From Bryobacterales bacterium (GTDB lineage: Bacteria > Acidobacteriota > Terriglobia > Bryobacterales > UBA6623), in NCBI GenBank assembly GCA_965206775.1, contig CBDBKU010000002.1, positions 2,182,898 to 2,246,897 of the forward strand: a stretch of DNA of 64,000 bases. The letters run 5' to 3'. Positions within the stretch are counted from its first letter, which is position 1, and each line of letters opens with the position of its first letter. Position numbers and translations under genes: made by a program. This document shows positions 9,899-19,974 of this stretch, piece after piece. The notes beneath the pieces are model-generated. The model was not told the origin of the DNA, searched no databases, and worked only from the letters and a program-made list of their open reading frames with translations.

Positions 9899-10365
9899 TT
9901 ACTCCGGAATCCAAATGAGGTCGACGCCGTCGCGGGGCGCACGACCCTCCCCGACCTGGATTTCGACGAGGACAGCGTAGCGGTAGCCATGATCGCGCTT
10001 CATTTCTTCGAGCGTCTGCTTGTCTTTAGCACGGTTCTCGGGGTTCGTACTCTTCTTGCACTGCAGGGCAAGGAGGTTGTTGTCGGTTCCCCTCTCGTGA
10101 ACGACGAGATCGGGGAATATCCGACGGGCTGGCTGCCCGACGGTCTTGTACTTCTTCGCCCTGTTGCGCTGCCGGTTGTATTCCACGTCCACGGCATATA
10201 TCCGTCGAACCGATCGTTCAGGTAGCCTGCCAGGTGATGAACAAGCGACCGTTCGTTGACTTCGTCAAACAGGAGGACCTGATCGTTCTCTTCGAGTTTC
10301 CGCATGGCGGCCCTCAATTCAGACTCGGCATGATCTCTCTCCATCACGATCACCGAGCGTGCCAC
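9899..10365 (-). pseudogene. PD-(D/E)xK nuclease-like protein with a 1-nt frameshift near 10190
   Basis: ORF 10000..10365 (...SLVHHLAGYLNDRFDGYMP) continues in ORF 9899..10192 (VDVEYNRQRN...IFPDLVVHERGTDNNLLALQCKK). This gives a D ... PD-x(n)-(E/Q)xK pattern. IS66 copy 1 sits directly 3' of its stop codon. Confidence 0.5.
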
Positions 10366-10619
10366 CTAGGAAACGGAGTGCCCGTTCGACGTCGACGCCG
10401 GTCCAGCATGGGCCGGTAGCTGCTGCACGGGAGACAGACCCGAGTCGGCGGCACGCCCGGCCGTCCCGCTGGAGTTCCGGTCAGCCGTTCTGCGGCTCGA
10501 GTTCAGGCGGCCGCAGCCGAGGCATCCCAGGCGAAGCGAGGGCTTGCCCACGCCCTGAACCCGCAGCCGGGGCACCTGCAGGCGACATTGGCTTGTGGGT
10601 GCGGCTCCGGGCGGGGCGG

Positions 10620-11148
10620 CTAACGGGGCTTCCCGGCGGCATCCGCGATCCGCAGGGCGGCGTCGGACCAGCTCAGCTCGTATCCATCGCCGACGAGCTT
10701 GCGCGCGGCTTCCTCGAAGGGTCCCCCGGGCACGATGAAGTGGTCCATCTGCTGGCCCGTCTGCTTCCCGCCCGGCCCGCCGGGGTCGGAGGGGACCAGG
10801 CCGACACGCCGCATGAGCGCCCCCCACCCCCGGTTGTGATATCCGGCCCGCGAGGGCGATCCGAAGCGAGCCGTGCACCAACTCGTGGACGAGCGTCGAG
10901 AGGACATCCTCGGTCGGGAAGTTCCGGAAATATACGGGATTCATGGCGATCTCGTCGGCCACGGCCCCGTCCGTCCGGCTCCAGTGCTCCGGGCCGAAGT
11001 GGCCCAGGACTGCTGGCCTGTGCGTGTACGTGAGCAGGACGCGTGGAAGGGGGCCGCCGAAAAGCGCCGCGTTGAAGTGGTCGAACGCGGCCCGGAGCCC
11101 GCCCAGCGCCTCGCGCGTTGGATCGATGGGGGCGGGTGTCGCAGCCAT
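10620..11148 (-). pseudogene. SprT-like zinc metalloprotease of the ICE/plasmid-associated type, frameshifted at the HExxH motif
   Basis: MAATPAPIDPTREALGGLRAAFDHFNAALFGGPLP...DEIAMNPVYF...STLVHELVH. Then a frame change (~10870) to ARFGSPSRAGYHNRGWGALMRRVGLVPSDPGGPGGKQTGQQMDHFIVPGGPF. Confidence 0.7.
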
Positions 11149-11260
11149 ATCTGTATCGTCCGATACAAATCATTTGCGAGCAGTCTGGCAAGGACTGAGC
11201 GACCCCGCGATTCGTTGAGGGTTTTTGCGAGAGTGAAGCCTAGACTCCCCGCAAGCCTAG

Positions 11261-13021
11261 CCCGGATATCTCACCACTGGGAGTGGACATGAGGCGTCAA
11301 TTCGTGGTAAATTGTTTGTTATCAAGCAATTGCAATCCCCACGAGGAGAACGCCTCATGCCAGCACACTGTACCACAATCGAGCTCCCCAACAACGGCCG
11401 TCGCAAGGTGATCGCCCGCTTCGACGGGGGTCGCATGTCCTCCGATGGGGGCGCCTTGCTGCTGCAGGCCGCGGACCGCGCGCTCGACCAGACCGGCCGC
11501 ATGGCCGCCTGCTTCAGCGATCACCGCAATCCCGCGCGTTGCGAGCATTCCCTGCACGATCTGGTCGCCCAGCGCCTGTATGGACTCGCGCTCGGCTACG
11601 AAGATGTCAACGATCATGACACCCTGCGCGACGACAGCCTGCTCGCGCTCGCGCTCGGCCGGCCGGACGTGACCGGACAGGGCCGCGTGCGCGAGCGCGA
11701 CCGGGGCCATCCGCTGGCCGGCTCGAGCACGCTCAACCGGCTCGAGCTGGGCACGCCCGAGCAAGCCGAAGAGGACCGCTACAAGCGGATCGTGGCCGAT
11801 CCGGAGCGGCTCGACGCGCTGCTGGTGGACCTGTTCCAGGAGCAGCATGGGGAGGTTCCGGACGAGATCGTGCTGGACGTGGACGCGACCCATGACCCGC
11901 TGCACGGGGAGCAGGAAGGGCGCCACTTCCACGGCTACTACGACTGCTACTGCTACCTGCCGCTGTAGGTGACCTGTGGGCCGCACGTGCTGTGCGGGCG
12001 GCTGCGGCCATCGAGCGTGGATCCGGCGGAGGGGGTGGTGGAAGAGCTGGAGCGGAGCGTGGGGCGGATCCGGCAGCGCTGGCCGGAGGTGGCGGTCATC
12101 GTGCGCGGGGACGCTGGGTTCTGCCGGGAGGATCTGATGGCGTGGTGCGAGAGGCAGGAGGGCGTGCACTACGTGTTCGGGCTGGCGCAGAACCCGCGGC
12201 TGAAGCGAGCGGTGGGGCAACAGCAGGAGCGGTCGCGGCGGCGGGGGCTGGCGAGCGGGCGGAAGTCGCGGCGGTACCGGGATTTCCGCTACCGCACGCG
12301 GGGGAGCTGGAGCCGGACGCGGCGGGTCGTGGGCAAGGCAGAGTGGTTGCCGGGCGAGGCGCGCAACAACAACGTGCGCTTCGTGGTGACGAGCCTGGGC
12401 CAGCGGGCGTGGGGAACGCGCGAGCTGTACGAGAAGCTGTACTGTGCGCGCGGGGACATGGAGAACCGGATCAAGGAGCAGCAGCTGGACCTGTTCGCGG
12501 ACCGGACGTCGGCGGCGACGCTGCGAGCGAACCAGCTGCGGCTGCACTGGGCGCTGTTTGCGGCCGCGCTGCTGGAGGTGCTGCGGGGCTGGGCGCTGGC
12601 GGGGACGGAACTGGCGAAGGCGCAGTTCGGAACGATCCGGACACAGTTGCTGAAGGTGGCCGCCGTGGTGCGGGTGAGTGTGCGGAGGATCTGGGTGTCG
12701 TTGTCGTCCCTGTTCCCGCGACAGGAGCTGTTCGCGCACTGCGTGGCCCAGCTGAGGGAGGCGGCGGCGAGCTAGCCGTCGGAGCATCGGATCGGGCTGT
12801 AGCCCGCCGCAGGGGAGGGGTGCGCGCGCAACGTGCCGATTCGCCGGCCCGGAGAGGCGGGACAACCCCGGAGCCGGTTCTGACAGCAGGACCACGCGGC
12901 CACAGGGGAGGATTCGCAGGAGGAGGATCGCCAACTCCGCTGACAAGCGTCTCTCTCAGGTCCAGCTTCTGGGCTGTTGTACTGCGGACCCGCAGTTGCC
13001 CACTGTTGGTGAGATATCCGG
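11261..13021 (+). mobile_element. IS1380-family insertion sequence
   Basis: 16-bp perfect IRs CCCGGATATCTCACCA (11261..) / TGGTGAGATATCCGGG (..13021). Flanked on both sides by CTAG (11257..11260, 13022..13025). CTAG is palindromic, so it could be either a TSD or an IR extension. Confidence 0.85.
11357..12775 (+). pseudogene. IS1380-family transposase interrupted by an in-frame TAG (11966..11968)
   Basis: AGGAGA SD + ATG 11357. ...GRHFHGYYDCYCYLPL*VTCGPHVLCGRLRPS... then continues in the same frame to 12775 (ARGDMENRIKEQQLDLFADRTS). Confidence 0.85.
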
Positions 13022-13541
13022 GCTAGGGGTAGTCGAGCGTCGTATCGCGCCGACATCTCTCCTAGCGAGTGTTGATTCTCTGTTTATTTCGGCGAAAATC
13101 GGGGGTTTGTCCCCACATTAAATTGCCGTCAAACTGCTTGGAAATCAGAATATTGTGAACACAAACGAGCAGATCAGACGGGCGTCACTCCTTTGGATAC
13201 ATACCGAATTCACAGCCTCTAGACCCTCTCTCTTCCGGCAGGAGTGGATTAATGCGAGAAACCGGCCTATCCTCCCGCCGGAATAATTTGAGGATCTGCC
13301 GTCAAAATAAACCGAACGTCAACACGAGGCCGGCAGCTTGGTGGGCTTTCGCCTGCTGAGGACAGACTAGCGCGAGACCTCTTGCGCTCATGCCCTATCC
13401 GGCCCAACACTTCTTGACGGCGGCCGGGAAGGACCTCGCTGCCCTCCTCCATGTCCGATAATCGCCTCTGTCGTGCGTTATCCGCCTTGGAGCGCACGGA
13501 CAGTTCGGCGGGAACGGGGATCATAGATTCTTCGTAACTAC

Positions 13542-15017
13542 TCAGGCGTCTGTTGGGATCGGGCCATAGTGTTGCTTGAGCGTCTCGACTGCATTGCCGG
13601 CGAGCGCGATTTGGATGGCAACGAGGGGATTGTAGCCGAGCTCGGCCATCGACTGCAGGTAGCTGGAGATGCGGGCATAGGCCTCGCCGAAGGCTCTCGT
13701 TCGAAAGCAGCCCGACACTTTTATTTTCACTTTGGCCATTCTCAGTCCGCGCTCTCCGGCGTTGTTGGTAAAACTCACAGGCGGATCGCGTAGGAAGCGC
13801 AGCACGGCGTCTTCGTGCTTGGCGAGCCGCTCGTGCAGGTTGTGGGCATCGGATTTGGCGATCCGTCCGCGCTGGCCCTTGGTGCGGGGCGGGATCGCGG
13901 GCAATGCCTTGCCGCCCTGGGTCAGGATCGTGCGGTAGCGCTTGCGGAAGGCCTTGAATGCGGCGGCGCTGACGGCCTTTTCCTGGCTGCTGTTGAGCTT
14001 GTGGCAGGCCTGTTGCAACAGGGCTTTCAGCAGGCGCGCCCAGCGGTAGTGGTTGGACTCGACCAGGAAGGTCAGTTCGCGGATCAAGTGCGCGCCACAG
14101 AGAGCGTGCGTGCATTGCTCGTAGCAGAAGTAGGAGGCCCAGCAGTCGTGCACCAGAGTGCCGCGAAAGCGGGGGATCAGGCCGATCGCCTCGATGGCTT
14201 CCTTGCCGCGCTGGCGATGCAGGAACTGCAGTGTCAGCGACCCATTGGTGAGGATATGCAGCCAATGGTTCTTGCGGTCGACTCGCAGGCCGGTTTCGTC
14301 GGCATGCAAGGCCGGAGATGCCAGCAGGTGGGCGCTGGCGGCCGCTTCCCAAGCTTGCAGTGCCGCGTGCAGGCGGCGGATGTAGCCGAGGCAGGTGGCT
14401 TCGGACAAGCGCAGGCCGGAGAGCGCCCGGACCAGTTCGACGGTCCGGCGCAGGGAGAGCATATGGGCCACCAGCAGGTTGATGATGAACGCCTGCAAGC
14501 CGACGCCATACTGCACCGGCCCTGGCATGCTAGCGGGGAACTCTCCCTTGTTGCGGGCCTGACAGTCGGGGCATTGCTTGACCTCAGCCTCGACACGCTG
14601 CTCGATCACCTGAAACACGATGTCGTACAGGACCCGGCGTTCCCGGTCGCTGGGAGCGACCTCCGACAGATCGGCGCCACAGCGATCACAGGCCTCGACG
14701 GTGACCGTTTCCTCGGTGGTGACTTTCTGCAGATTGGGGCTGGTCCGGTCGTGGGCCTTGGCGGCCCGCTGGGCCGGGCTGGCCCGCTGCGCGGTTGCGT
14801 CCTCCTCCACCTGCGAGGGCGGGATGCTGGAGTTGCGGCTGGTCTTGCGGGTTGTCTTTTCGAGCAAGACCGCCAGCAGCAGGGTCAGCAAGGGCATCAG
14901 GACCCGGAACACGGCGTCGGCTTCGGGCGACACTTTGCCGCTCTTGCGCAGAGCCGCGATCTGCTGCTTGGCCGCCTCCAGTTCCTCGCGCAGGAACTTC
15001 TCGTTCACCGTCGCCAT
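13542..15017 (-). CDS. IS66-family transposase (divergent from copies 1-3)
   Basis: MATVNEKFLREELEAAKQQIAALRK...; CDRCGADL...CPDCQ; HADETGLRVDRKNHWLHILTN; LCGAHLIRELTFL; VSFTNNAGERGLRMAKVKIKVSGCFRT. Its ATG overlaps the upstream stop (TGATG). Confidence 0.85.
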   Translation of the reverse strand: MATVNEKFLREELEAAKQQIAALRKSGKVSPEADAVFRVLMPLLTLLLAVLLEKTTRKTSRNSSIPPSQVEEDATAQRASPAQRAAKAHDRTSPNLQKVTTEETVTVEACDRCGADLSEVAPSDRERRVLYDIVFQVIEQRVEAEVKQCPDCQARNKGEFPASMPGPVQYGVGLQAFIINLLVAHMLSLRRTVELVRALSGLRLSEATCLGYIRRLHAALQAWEAAASAHLLASPALHADETGLRVDRKNHWLHILTNGSLTLQFLHRQRGKEAIEAIGLIPRFRGTLVHDCWASYFCYEQCTHALCGAHLIRELTFLVESNHYRWARLLKALLQQACHKLNSSQEKAVSAAAFKAFRKRYRTILTQGGKALPAIPPRTKGQRGRIAKSDAHNLHERLAKHEDAVLRFLRDPPVSFTNNAGERGLRMAKVKIKVSGCFRTRAFGEAYARISSYLQSMAELGYNPLVAIQIALAGNAVETLKQHYGPIPTDA

Positions 15018-15712
15018 CACTCGGCCTCGACCGCCAGCAGGGCGGCCAGCACCGCCAAGCGCTCGCCCGGCTCCATCGCCGCATAGCGCTGCGCCCAGTT
15101 CGCCGCCTTGCGCTTGATGCACTGGCGGTGCGTGAAGTTGTGGCCCGCATAGCGGTGCCAGTGCAGGCGCCCCGGCGCGAAGTTGCACCACAGCTTCTCG
15201 GTCACCACCCCGGCCTGGTTCATCACCTGCAGAGACAGGCTGTGCCAGTCCGGCAGAGCCCGCTCGTACAGTTCCGAGGGGTAGCCGGAGAGCATCACCG
15301 CACAGGGCAGACCTTGGAGCAACGCCAGCAGTTCCTCGTGATCGGCCTGCGTGTAGTCATAGCGGTAGCGGCGCTGCGATTTGCGGGCGCCGTACAAATA
15401 GGGTGGGTCGCTGTAGACCAGTTCGTCGCCCGCAAACGGGAACTCGGACAGAAAGCGGTGGCAGCACCCGTGCACCAGTTCCACCTCGTAATCGCAGCGA
15501 AACGCCCGGATGGAGCGGGCGCTACGATCAATGCCGATGTTCCTCAGGGCCGGCGGTTTGCGCTGCATGATCGCGCCGCCACCGAGATGGGTCTCGATAT
15601 AGGTGGCATGCGGCGGCATCGCTGCGATCAGCGGCTGGCACAGACCCGAGGTCGCCTTCGATCCGTACCAAGATCCCATCGCCGCGTACTCCGCCGAACG
15701 CTCCGTTCGCAA
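15017..15712 (-). CDS. D12-class (Dam-like) N6-adenine DNA methyltransferase, no cognate nuclease seen
   Basis: WYGSKATSGLCQPLIAAMPPHATYIETHLGGGAIM (motif I region) and LVYSDPPYLY (DPPY motif IV). Start could be ATG 15712 or the Met 11 codons later. Confidence 0.75.
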   Translation of the reverse strand: MRTERSAEYAAMGSWYGSKATSGLCQPLIAAMPPHATYIETHLGGGAIMQRKPPALRNIGIDRSARSIRAFRCDYEVELVHGCCHRFLSEFPFAGDELVYSDPPYLYGARKSQRRYRYDYTQADHEELLALLQGLPCAVMLSGYPSELYERALPDWHSLSLQVMNQAGVVTEKLWCNFAPGRLHWHRYAGHNFTHRQCIKRKAANWAQRYAAMEPGERLAVLAALLAVEAE

Positions 15713-15927
15713 GCAGCATAGGCGGTCACAACGAGGTTGTCAAGCAAAAAACCCGCTGGGTCCGCAATGCCGCCGATTGCCGGTCAGGACGGTTCCCGCT
15801 CAGCGACAGATCCCCGACACGAACAACCGTTCGACACCCGACCGGATACAAGCGCAAGCATTGAGCCGAGTGACGTCAGGCGAAAGGACAAATAGTCAAA
15901 AAGGGGCCTGAGTAGTTACTGGAACCG

Positions 15928-16422
15928 TTGCAGTGCTTCCAGTTCATTCCCCAAATCACGCTAGGCCAAGCAGTCCAGACGGCTGCGCTGTTGTTGATAT
16001 TCGTGACGGCTCACCGCTACTACGAGAAGGCTCACGATCGCAGGAGGAAGAGAATCGAGATCCTGGCAAATCAGGTCGACGGAATTCTCGTTCGCGTCGA
16101 GGAGTCGCACGCCGTGTTCCTCAGATGTGCTGATAGCGGGTCAGTTACGGAAGTCATGCGCTTCCGCTTGGATAGCGCACTCAGAGAATACAGCAACGCG
16201 GTCTGGGGCCTCGAGGATGTCCTCAAGCAGTCCGGGCACCTCGAAGGGGCTACAGGCTTGGCGCGGGTGAAAGATGATCGGTCAGCCTACAAAGACCTAG
16301 TTACTGAAACACCCTATCCCAATCGAGTGCCGCGGGACCGAATCGCCCAAGAATCCAAGCTCCATTCGGAAATCCGTTCCAACCTAGTGAGTCTCCAGCT
16401 CGAAATAACCGAACTCGGCTAG
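15928..16422 (+). CDS. hypothetical protein with one N-terminal TM helix
   Basis: 164-aa ORF (non-ATG start) of lower GC. AVQTAALLLIFVTAH hydrophobic segment followed by a helical region. No family recognised. Confidence 0.4.
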   Translation: MQCFQFIPQITLGQAVQTAALLLIFVTAHRYYEKAHDRRRKRIEILANQVDGILVRVEESHAVFLRCADSGSVTEVMRFRLDSALREYSNAVWGLEDVLKQSGHLEGATGLARVKDDRSAYKDLVTETPYPNRVPRDRIAQESKLHSEIRSNLVSLQLEITELG

Positions 16423-16575
16423 CGCCAATCTAGATGCTGAAGGAATGGAAGACCAGAGACCGCGAGTGGAGGGCTCCTAGAGGATCCTCGATCACCCGCA
16501 CCACCGCTGTGCGACAAAGCAAGTGTCAACTGGGTGCGACAAGGCAGCTGCTGTGATCCGGTTCTCCATGTCAGC

Positions 16576-17109
16576 TTACAGCTCCTCGTACAGCTCCTGC
16601 GTCCCCCACCGGCGCTTGCTCAGGCTGTCACCACATCGCGCACTATCCGCCGCGTCCGGCTCCAGCAGCGTGCGGTAGCGGTGTCGACTTCCGCCCGCTT
16701 CGGACCGCTCCTGCTGTTGCCCCAGGCACTGGGCCACATCGCGCGGGTGTCGGCACGTTCGGATGTCCTCCAGCAAGGGGGGCAGCTGACCGCTCAGCAC
16801 GTGCGAACCGCGTCACGTACAGCGGCAGGTAGCAGTAGCAGTCGTAGTAGCCGTGGAAATGGCGCCCTTCCTGCTCGCCGTGATCTCGGTTGTACGGCCT
16901 GCTGTCCCGACGCCAGGCGGCTGCCGGCGCGGCCCGGCAGGAATGCACTCCTCGGACAGTAGCGGCGCCAGCCGCCGCCGCAGGTGCCATTCCACGTAGT
17001 ACGCCAGCATGCATAGCAGCACGTGCCCGCGCACGTGGTCCTCGCTGTAGAAGAAGACTGGCCGGACTTGCAGTTGCGTGTGCTTGAGCGAGCGGAACTC
17101 CAGCTCCAC
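16576..17109 (-). mobile_element. patchwork of transposase remnants (internally deleted IS1380 copy plus an IS4/IS1634-like C-terminal fragment)
   Basis: EQEGRHFHGYYDCYCYLPLYVT and QQQERS...RRWGTQELYEEL match the IS1380 protein at 11357..12775. LEFRSLKHTQLQVRPVFFYSEDHVRGHVLLCMLAYYVEWHLRRRL is a DDE C-terminal block of another family. Confidence 0.6.
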
Positions 17110-17779
17110 TTGTGCCAGGCTCTTGTAGGCCTCAACGGTCCCTGCCCGGCCCAGAGAACAAGGCCTTCTAGTACGCCTTCCGGACTTGCGTACGTCAAGT
17201 ACCGCTTGCGGCCGGCCTGCGGCACGATTCTCACGGAAACCCGCTGCGGCTGCACCGCAAGACCGGCATTCTCCGACATTCTCACGAAGCGATCGAACTG
17301 GGCAGCCACTCCCGCATCGACGGCACGCTGACGAATTGCCTCGACGGTGAGCTCACGGGGCGGGGGAGGCGGCTCGGTCCGTTCCTTGATCGAAGAGCCT
17401 CGGGCCGCCATCCAACTCGAAGACCTCGAAGCTGACAACGCTGATCGGCTCGCCGAATCCGCCTAGGAAGTCCATCATGCGCTCCAACCGTTGCAGAACT
17501 GTCCCTTTCTTGATCCGTCGAGATCGGGAATCGCGAGGGTCGGTGCATCGACAGCGTCATTATGGCCGCAGTGCCGATCCTTGCTTGCCAAGGCAAGGTT
17601 CGCCTCGCGCGATTGGACCGTAGCGCCGGTCGACTGCGGGAAGCCGTGCTGCAAAGATGTCAATCAAGCCGACTCCGGACCAGGCTGCCGGGGTTCCGCA
17701 TGCTCGAGCAATCGAGGTCCGCTGAAGCGACGCGCACCGATACACCGCTCTAGCGCAAGGCGTAGCGGAACATGCTACA

Positions 17780-17935
17780 TTGCAACTAGTGCCGATCAAG
17801 AGTTTCAGGCACAGCGGCTTGCGGAGATTCTTTCTGAGCGGCAACGCCCAGCGGCTGCATCCGGAGCACGTGGCGCGAATCGCCGATATCCTTGTTCGGC
17901 TCAACGACGCCGACCCGCTGGCTGCGCGCCATCTG
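17780..17935 (+). pseudogene. higB: HigB-type (RelE/ParE superfamily) toxin, 3'-truncated; no HigA follows
   Basis: PIKSFRHSGLRRFFLSGNAQRLHPEHVARIADILVRLNDA matches the HigB 'killer protein' N-terminus. Sense is lost at ~17935, where AT-rich sequence preceding the next transposase begins. Confidence 0.55.
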
Positions 17936-18172
17936 ATATCACTCCTTCCTGATGTAGTACATATATGTCCAAGGTATTATAATTGTTTTCCCCGAAATTC
18001 CCAGCACCCCCGGAAGGCACCCGCGGTATTTACGTAAGTGATTGTTGTGTAACTTCTTAACGCCGAATCCAAGTGCCGGTCCGCTCCTCTTCCCACCCCA
18101 CTGCCACTTCAGCCGTTGACTTATCAATACATTTATGATAGAGTGTGTATTAGTGCAGGTCTAGATTTCTCC

Positions 18173-19939
18173 ATGACATCTCCCCTCGACGTCTTCCTCC
18201 AGCCCGCCACGCCCACCATGCGCCGCTATGAAGCCCTGCGCGCCCGCTTCGTCGAGGGTTGCTCCACCTCCGAGGCCGCCCGCCGCTTCGGCTACGCCCC
18301 CGGCTCCTTCCGCAACCTCTGCTCCGACTTCCTGGCCCATCCCGACTGGAGCTTCTTCCAACCGCAACCGCCCCAGCCCCCCGCGCCTGCCCCGACCAAG
18401 CCCCGCAACTCCGCACGCGACCGTCGCATCCTCGCCCTCCGCGACCAGCGCCAGCTCTCGATCCACCGCATCGCCCGCTCCCTCGACGCCGCCGGCTTCC
18501 CCGTCAGCCCCTCCACCGTCGCCAATGTCCTGCGCCGCGCCGGCCGGCCCCGCCTCCCCCGCCGGCCCGCCCACCTGCTCGCCGACATCGTCCGCCCCGA
18601 CACCGCCGAGGTCGCCGACGCCAGGCAACTCGACCTCGCCCCCCGCCGCCTCCACACCCCCTTCGGCGGCCTCTTCCTGTTCCTGCCCTGGCTCGAGCAA
18701 ATCGGCCTCGACCCGCTGCTCGCTCAGCACTCCCTGCCGGGCTCGGCGATGCTCCCCGCACCCTGCGCCTTCCGTGCCCTGCTCGCCCTCAAGCTGTGGG
18801 GCATCGGCCGCCCCTCCCGCGCCATGGCCGAGGTCTTCGATGACGGCCTCGCCCTCTTCGCCGGCCTCAACGCCTTCCCCAAGCGCGCCACCCTCACCGA
18901 GTACAGCTGCCGCGTCGACCCCCGCTCCGTGCCCGACCTGATGCGCGCCTGGGCCGACGCCGCCCACCAAGCCGGCCTCCCCCGCGGCACCAGCTTCGAC
19001 CTCGACTTCCACACCATCCCCTACCACGGCGACGACGCCCTGACTGAAAAGCATTACGTGGCCAAGCGCTCACGCCGCCAGAAGGGCATCCTCGCCTTCC
19101 TCGCCCGCGATGCCGAGGCGCGCCTGTTCTGCTACGCCAACGGCACCCTCCGCAAGCACGCCCAGAACGACGAGATCCTGCGCTTCGCCGAGGACTGGAA
19201 GCAACGCACCGGTGCCTGGCCCGGCGAACTGGTCTTCGATTCCAAGCTGACCACCTACGCCAACCTCGCGCGCCTCGACCAGCTCGGCATCCACTTCATC
19301 ACGCTCCGTCGGCGCGGCCCCAAGCTGCTCGCCGCCATCGCCGCCGAACCCCCCGCCGCCTGGCAGCGGATCACCCTCCACAACGTCGGCCGCGCCTACA
19401 GGAACCCTCGCATCCTCGACCAGCAAGCCACCCTCAAGCACTATCCCCACCCCATCCGCCAGATCGCCATCACCGATCTCGGCCACGACAAGCCCACCCT
19501 GCTGCTCACCAATCAGATGCACGAAACGCCGACCCGGCTGGTCGACCGCTATGCCCGGCGCATGCTGATCGAGAACGCCATCGCCCAGGCCATCGACCTC
19601 TTCCACATGGATGCGCTGTCCGCCGCGGTGCCGCTCAAGATCGACATCGATCTCCAGCTCACCGTCATGGCTGCCACCCTGTACCGCCTGCTCGCCGACC
19701 GGATTGGCCATGGCCATCAGCACCAGGCCCCGCGGACGCTGTTCCGCAAGTTCATCCACGCCAGCGCCGACCTCACCATCGACGAGCACGCGATCACCGT
19801 CCAGTTCGGACGGCGCGCCAACAATCCGTTCCTCGTCAAGCAGGGATTCGCCGAGCAGCAATGCCGTATCCCATGGCTCGGCAACCGCCTGCTCCGCTTC
19901 GCTTTCGACACGAACGGCAAGCAAAATGTCACATCATGA
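18173..19939 (+). CDS. DDE transposase of an unclassified IS (N-terminal HTH); intact copy
   Basis: MTSPLDVFLQPATPTMRRYEALRARFVEG...DLDFHTIPYHGDD...LVDRYARRMLIENAIAQAIDLFHMDALS. Paralogue of 45620..47358. Element ends not resolved (about 17936..19975). 3'-flank homology with the second copy extends ~35 bp past the stop. Confidence 0.75.
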   Translation: MTSPLDVFLQPATPTMRRYEALRARFVEGCSTSEAARRFGYAPGSFRNLCSDFLAHPDWSFFQPQPPQPPAPAPTKPRNSARDRRILALRDQRQLSIHRIARSLDAAGFPVSPSTVANVLRRAGRPRLPRRPAHLLADIVRPDTAEVADARQLDLAPRRLHTPFGGLFLFLPWLEQIGLDPLLAQHSLPGSAMLPAPCAFRALLALKLWGIGRPSRAMAEVFDDGLALFAGLNAFPKRATLTEYSCRVDPRSVPDLMRAWADAAHQAGLPRGTSFDLDFHTIPYHGDDALTEKHYVAKRSRRQKGILAFLARDAEARLFCYANGTLRKHAQNDEILRFAEDWKQRTGAWPGELVFDSKLTTYANLARLDQLGIHFITLRRRGPKLLAAIAAEPPAAWQRITLHNVGRAYRNPRILDQQATLKHYPHPIRQIAITDLGHDKPTLLLTNQMHETPTRLVDRYARRMLIENAIAQAIDLFHMDALSAAVPLKIDIDLQLTVMAATLYRLLADRIGHGHQHQAPRTLFRKFIHASADLTIDEHAITVQFGRRANNPFLVKQGFAEQQCRIPWLGNRLLRFAFDTNGKQNVTS

Positions 19940-19974
19940 ACTGCCGTGGGAATTCAGGCTAGGGCTCCGATGAG

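Larger units (their letters stand above)
13534..15919 (-). mobile_element. IS66-family element carrying a DNA methyltransferase gene
   Basis: 14-bp IRs GTAACTACTCAGGC (13534..) / GCCTGAGTAGTTAC (..15919), related to the GTAACTGCCCAGG ends of the other IS66 copies. Transposase stop lies inside the IR. No flanking direct repeat found. Confidence 0.7.

Noticed and set aside
11297-12946. 549-aa ORF on the minus strand
   Set aside because: It lies entirely antisense to the recognisable IS1380 transposase. It is extremely Pro/Arg/Leu/His-rich with no motifs. This is the typical shadow ORF of GC-rich DNA.
13267-13520. 85-aa minus-strand ORF (MIPVPAELSVRSKADNARQRRLSDMEEG...) in the AT-richer gap between IS1380 and the IS66-methylase element
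   Set aside because: No motif, SD or partner gene. It is listed only as part of a longer shadow ORF in the track.
17110-17470. Minus-strand fragments (..ISVVSFEVFELDGG.. / ..ELTVEAIRQRAVDAGVAAQFDRFVRMSENAGLAVQPQRVSVRIVPQ..) that look protein-like
   Set aside because: They are frameshifted, truncated by the IS remnants at 17109, and no family could be assigned. There is too little to call.
18161-19924. ORFs 18161..19054(-), 18228..18941(+), 18259..18843(+) and 19070..19924(-)
   Set aside because: They overlap the well-supported 589-aa DDE transposase frame. Their compositions (poly-Gly/Ala/Pro/Arg) are not protein-like.
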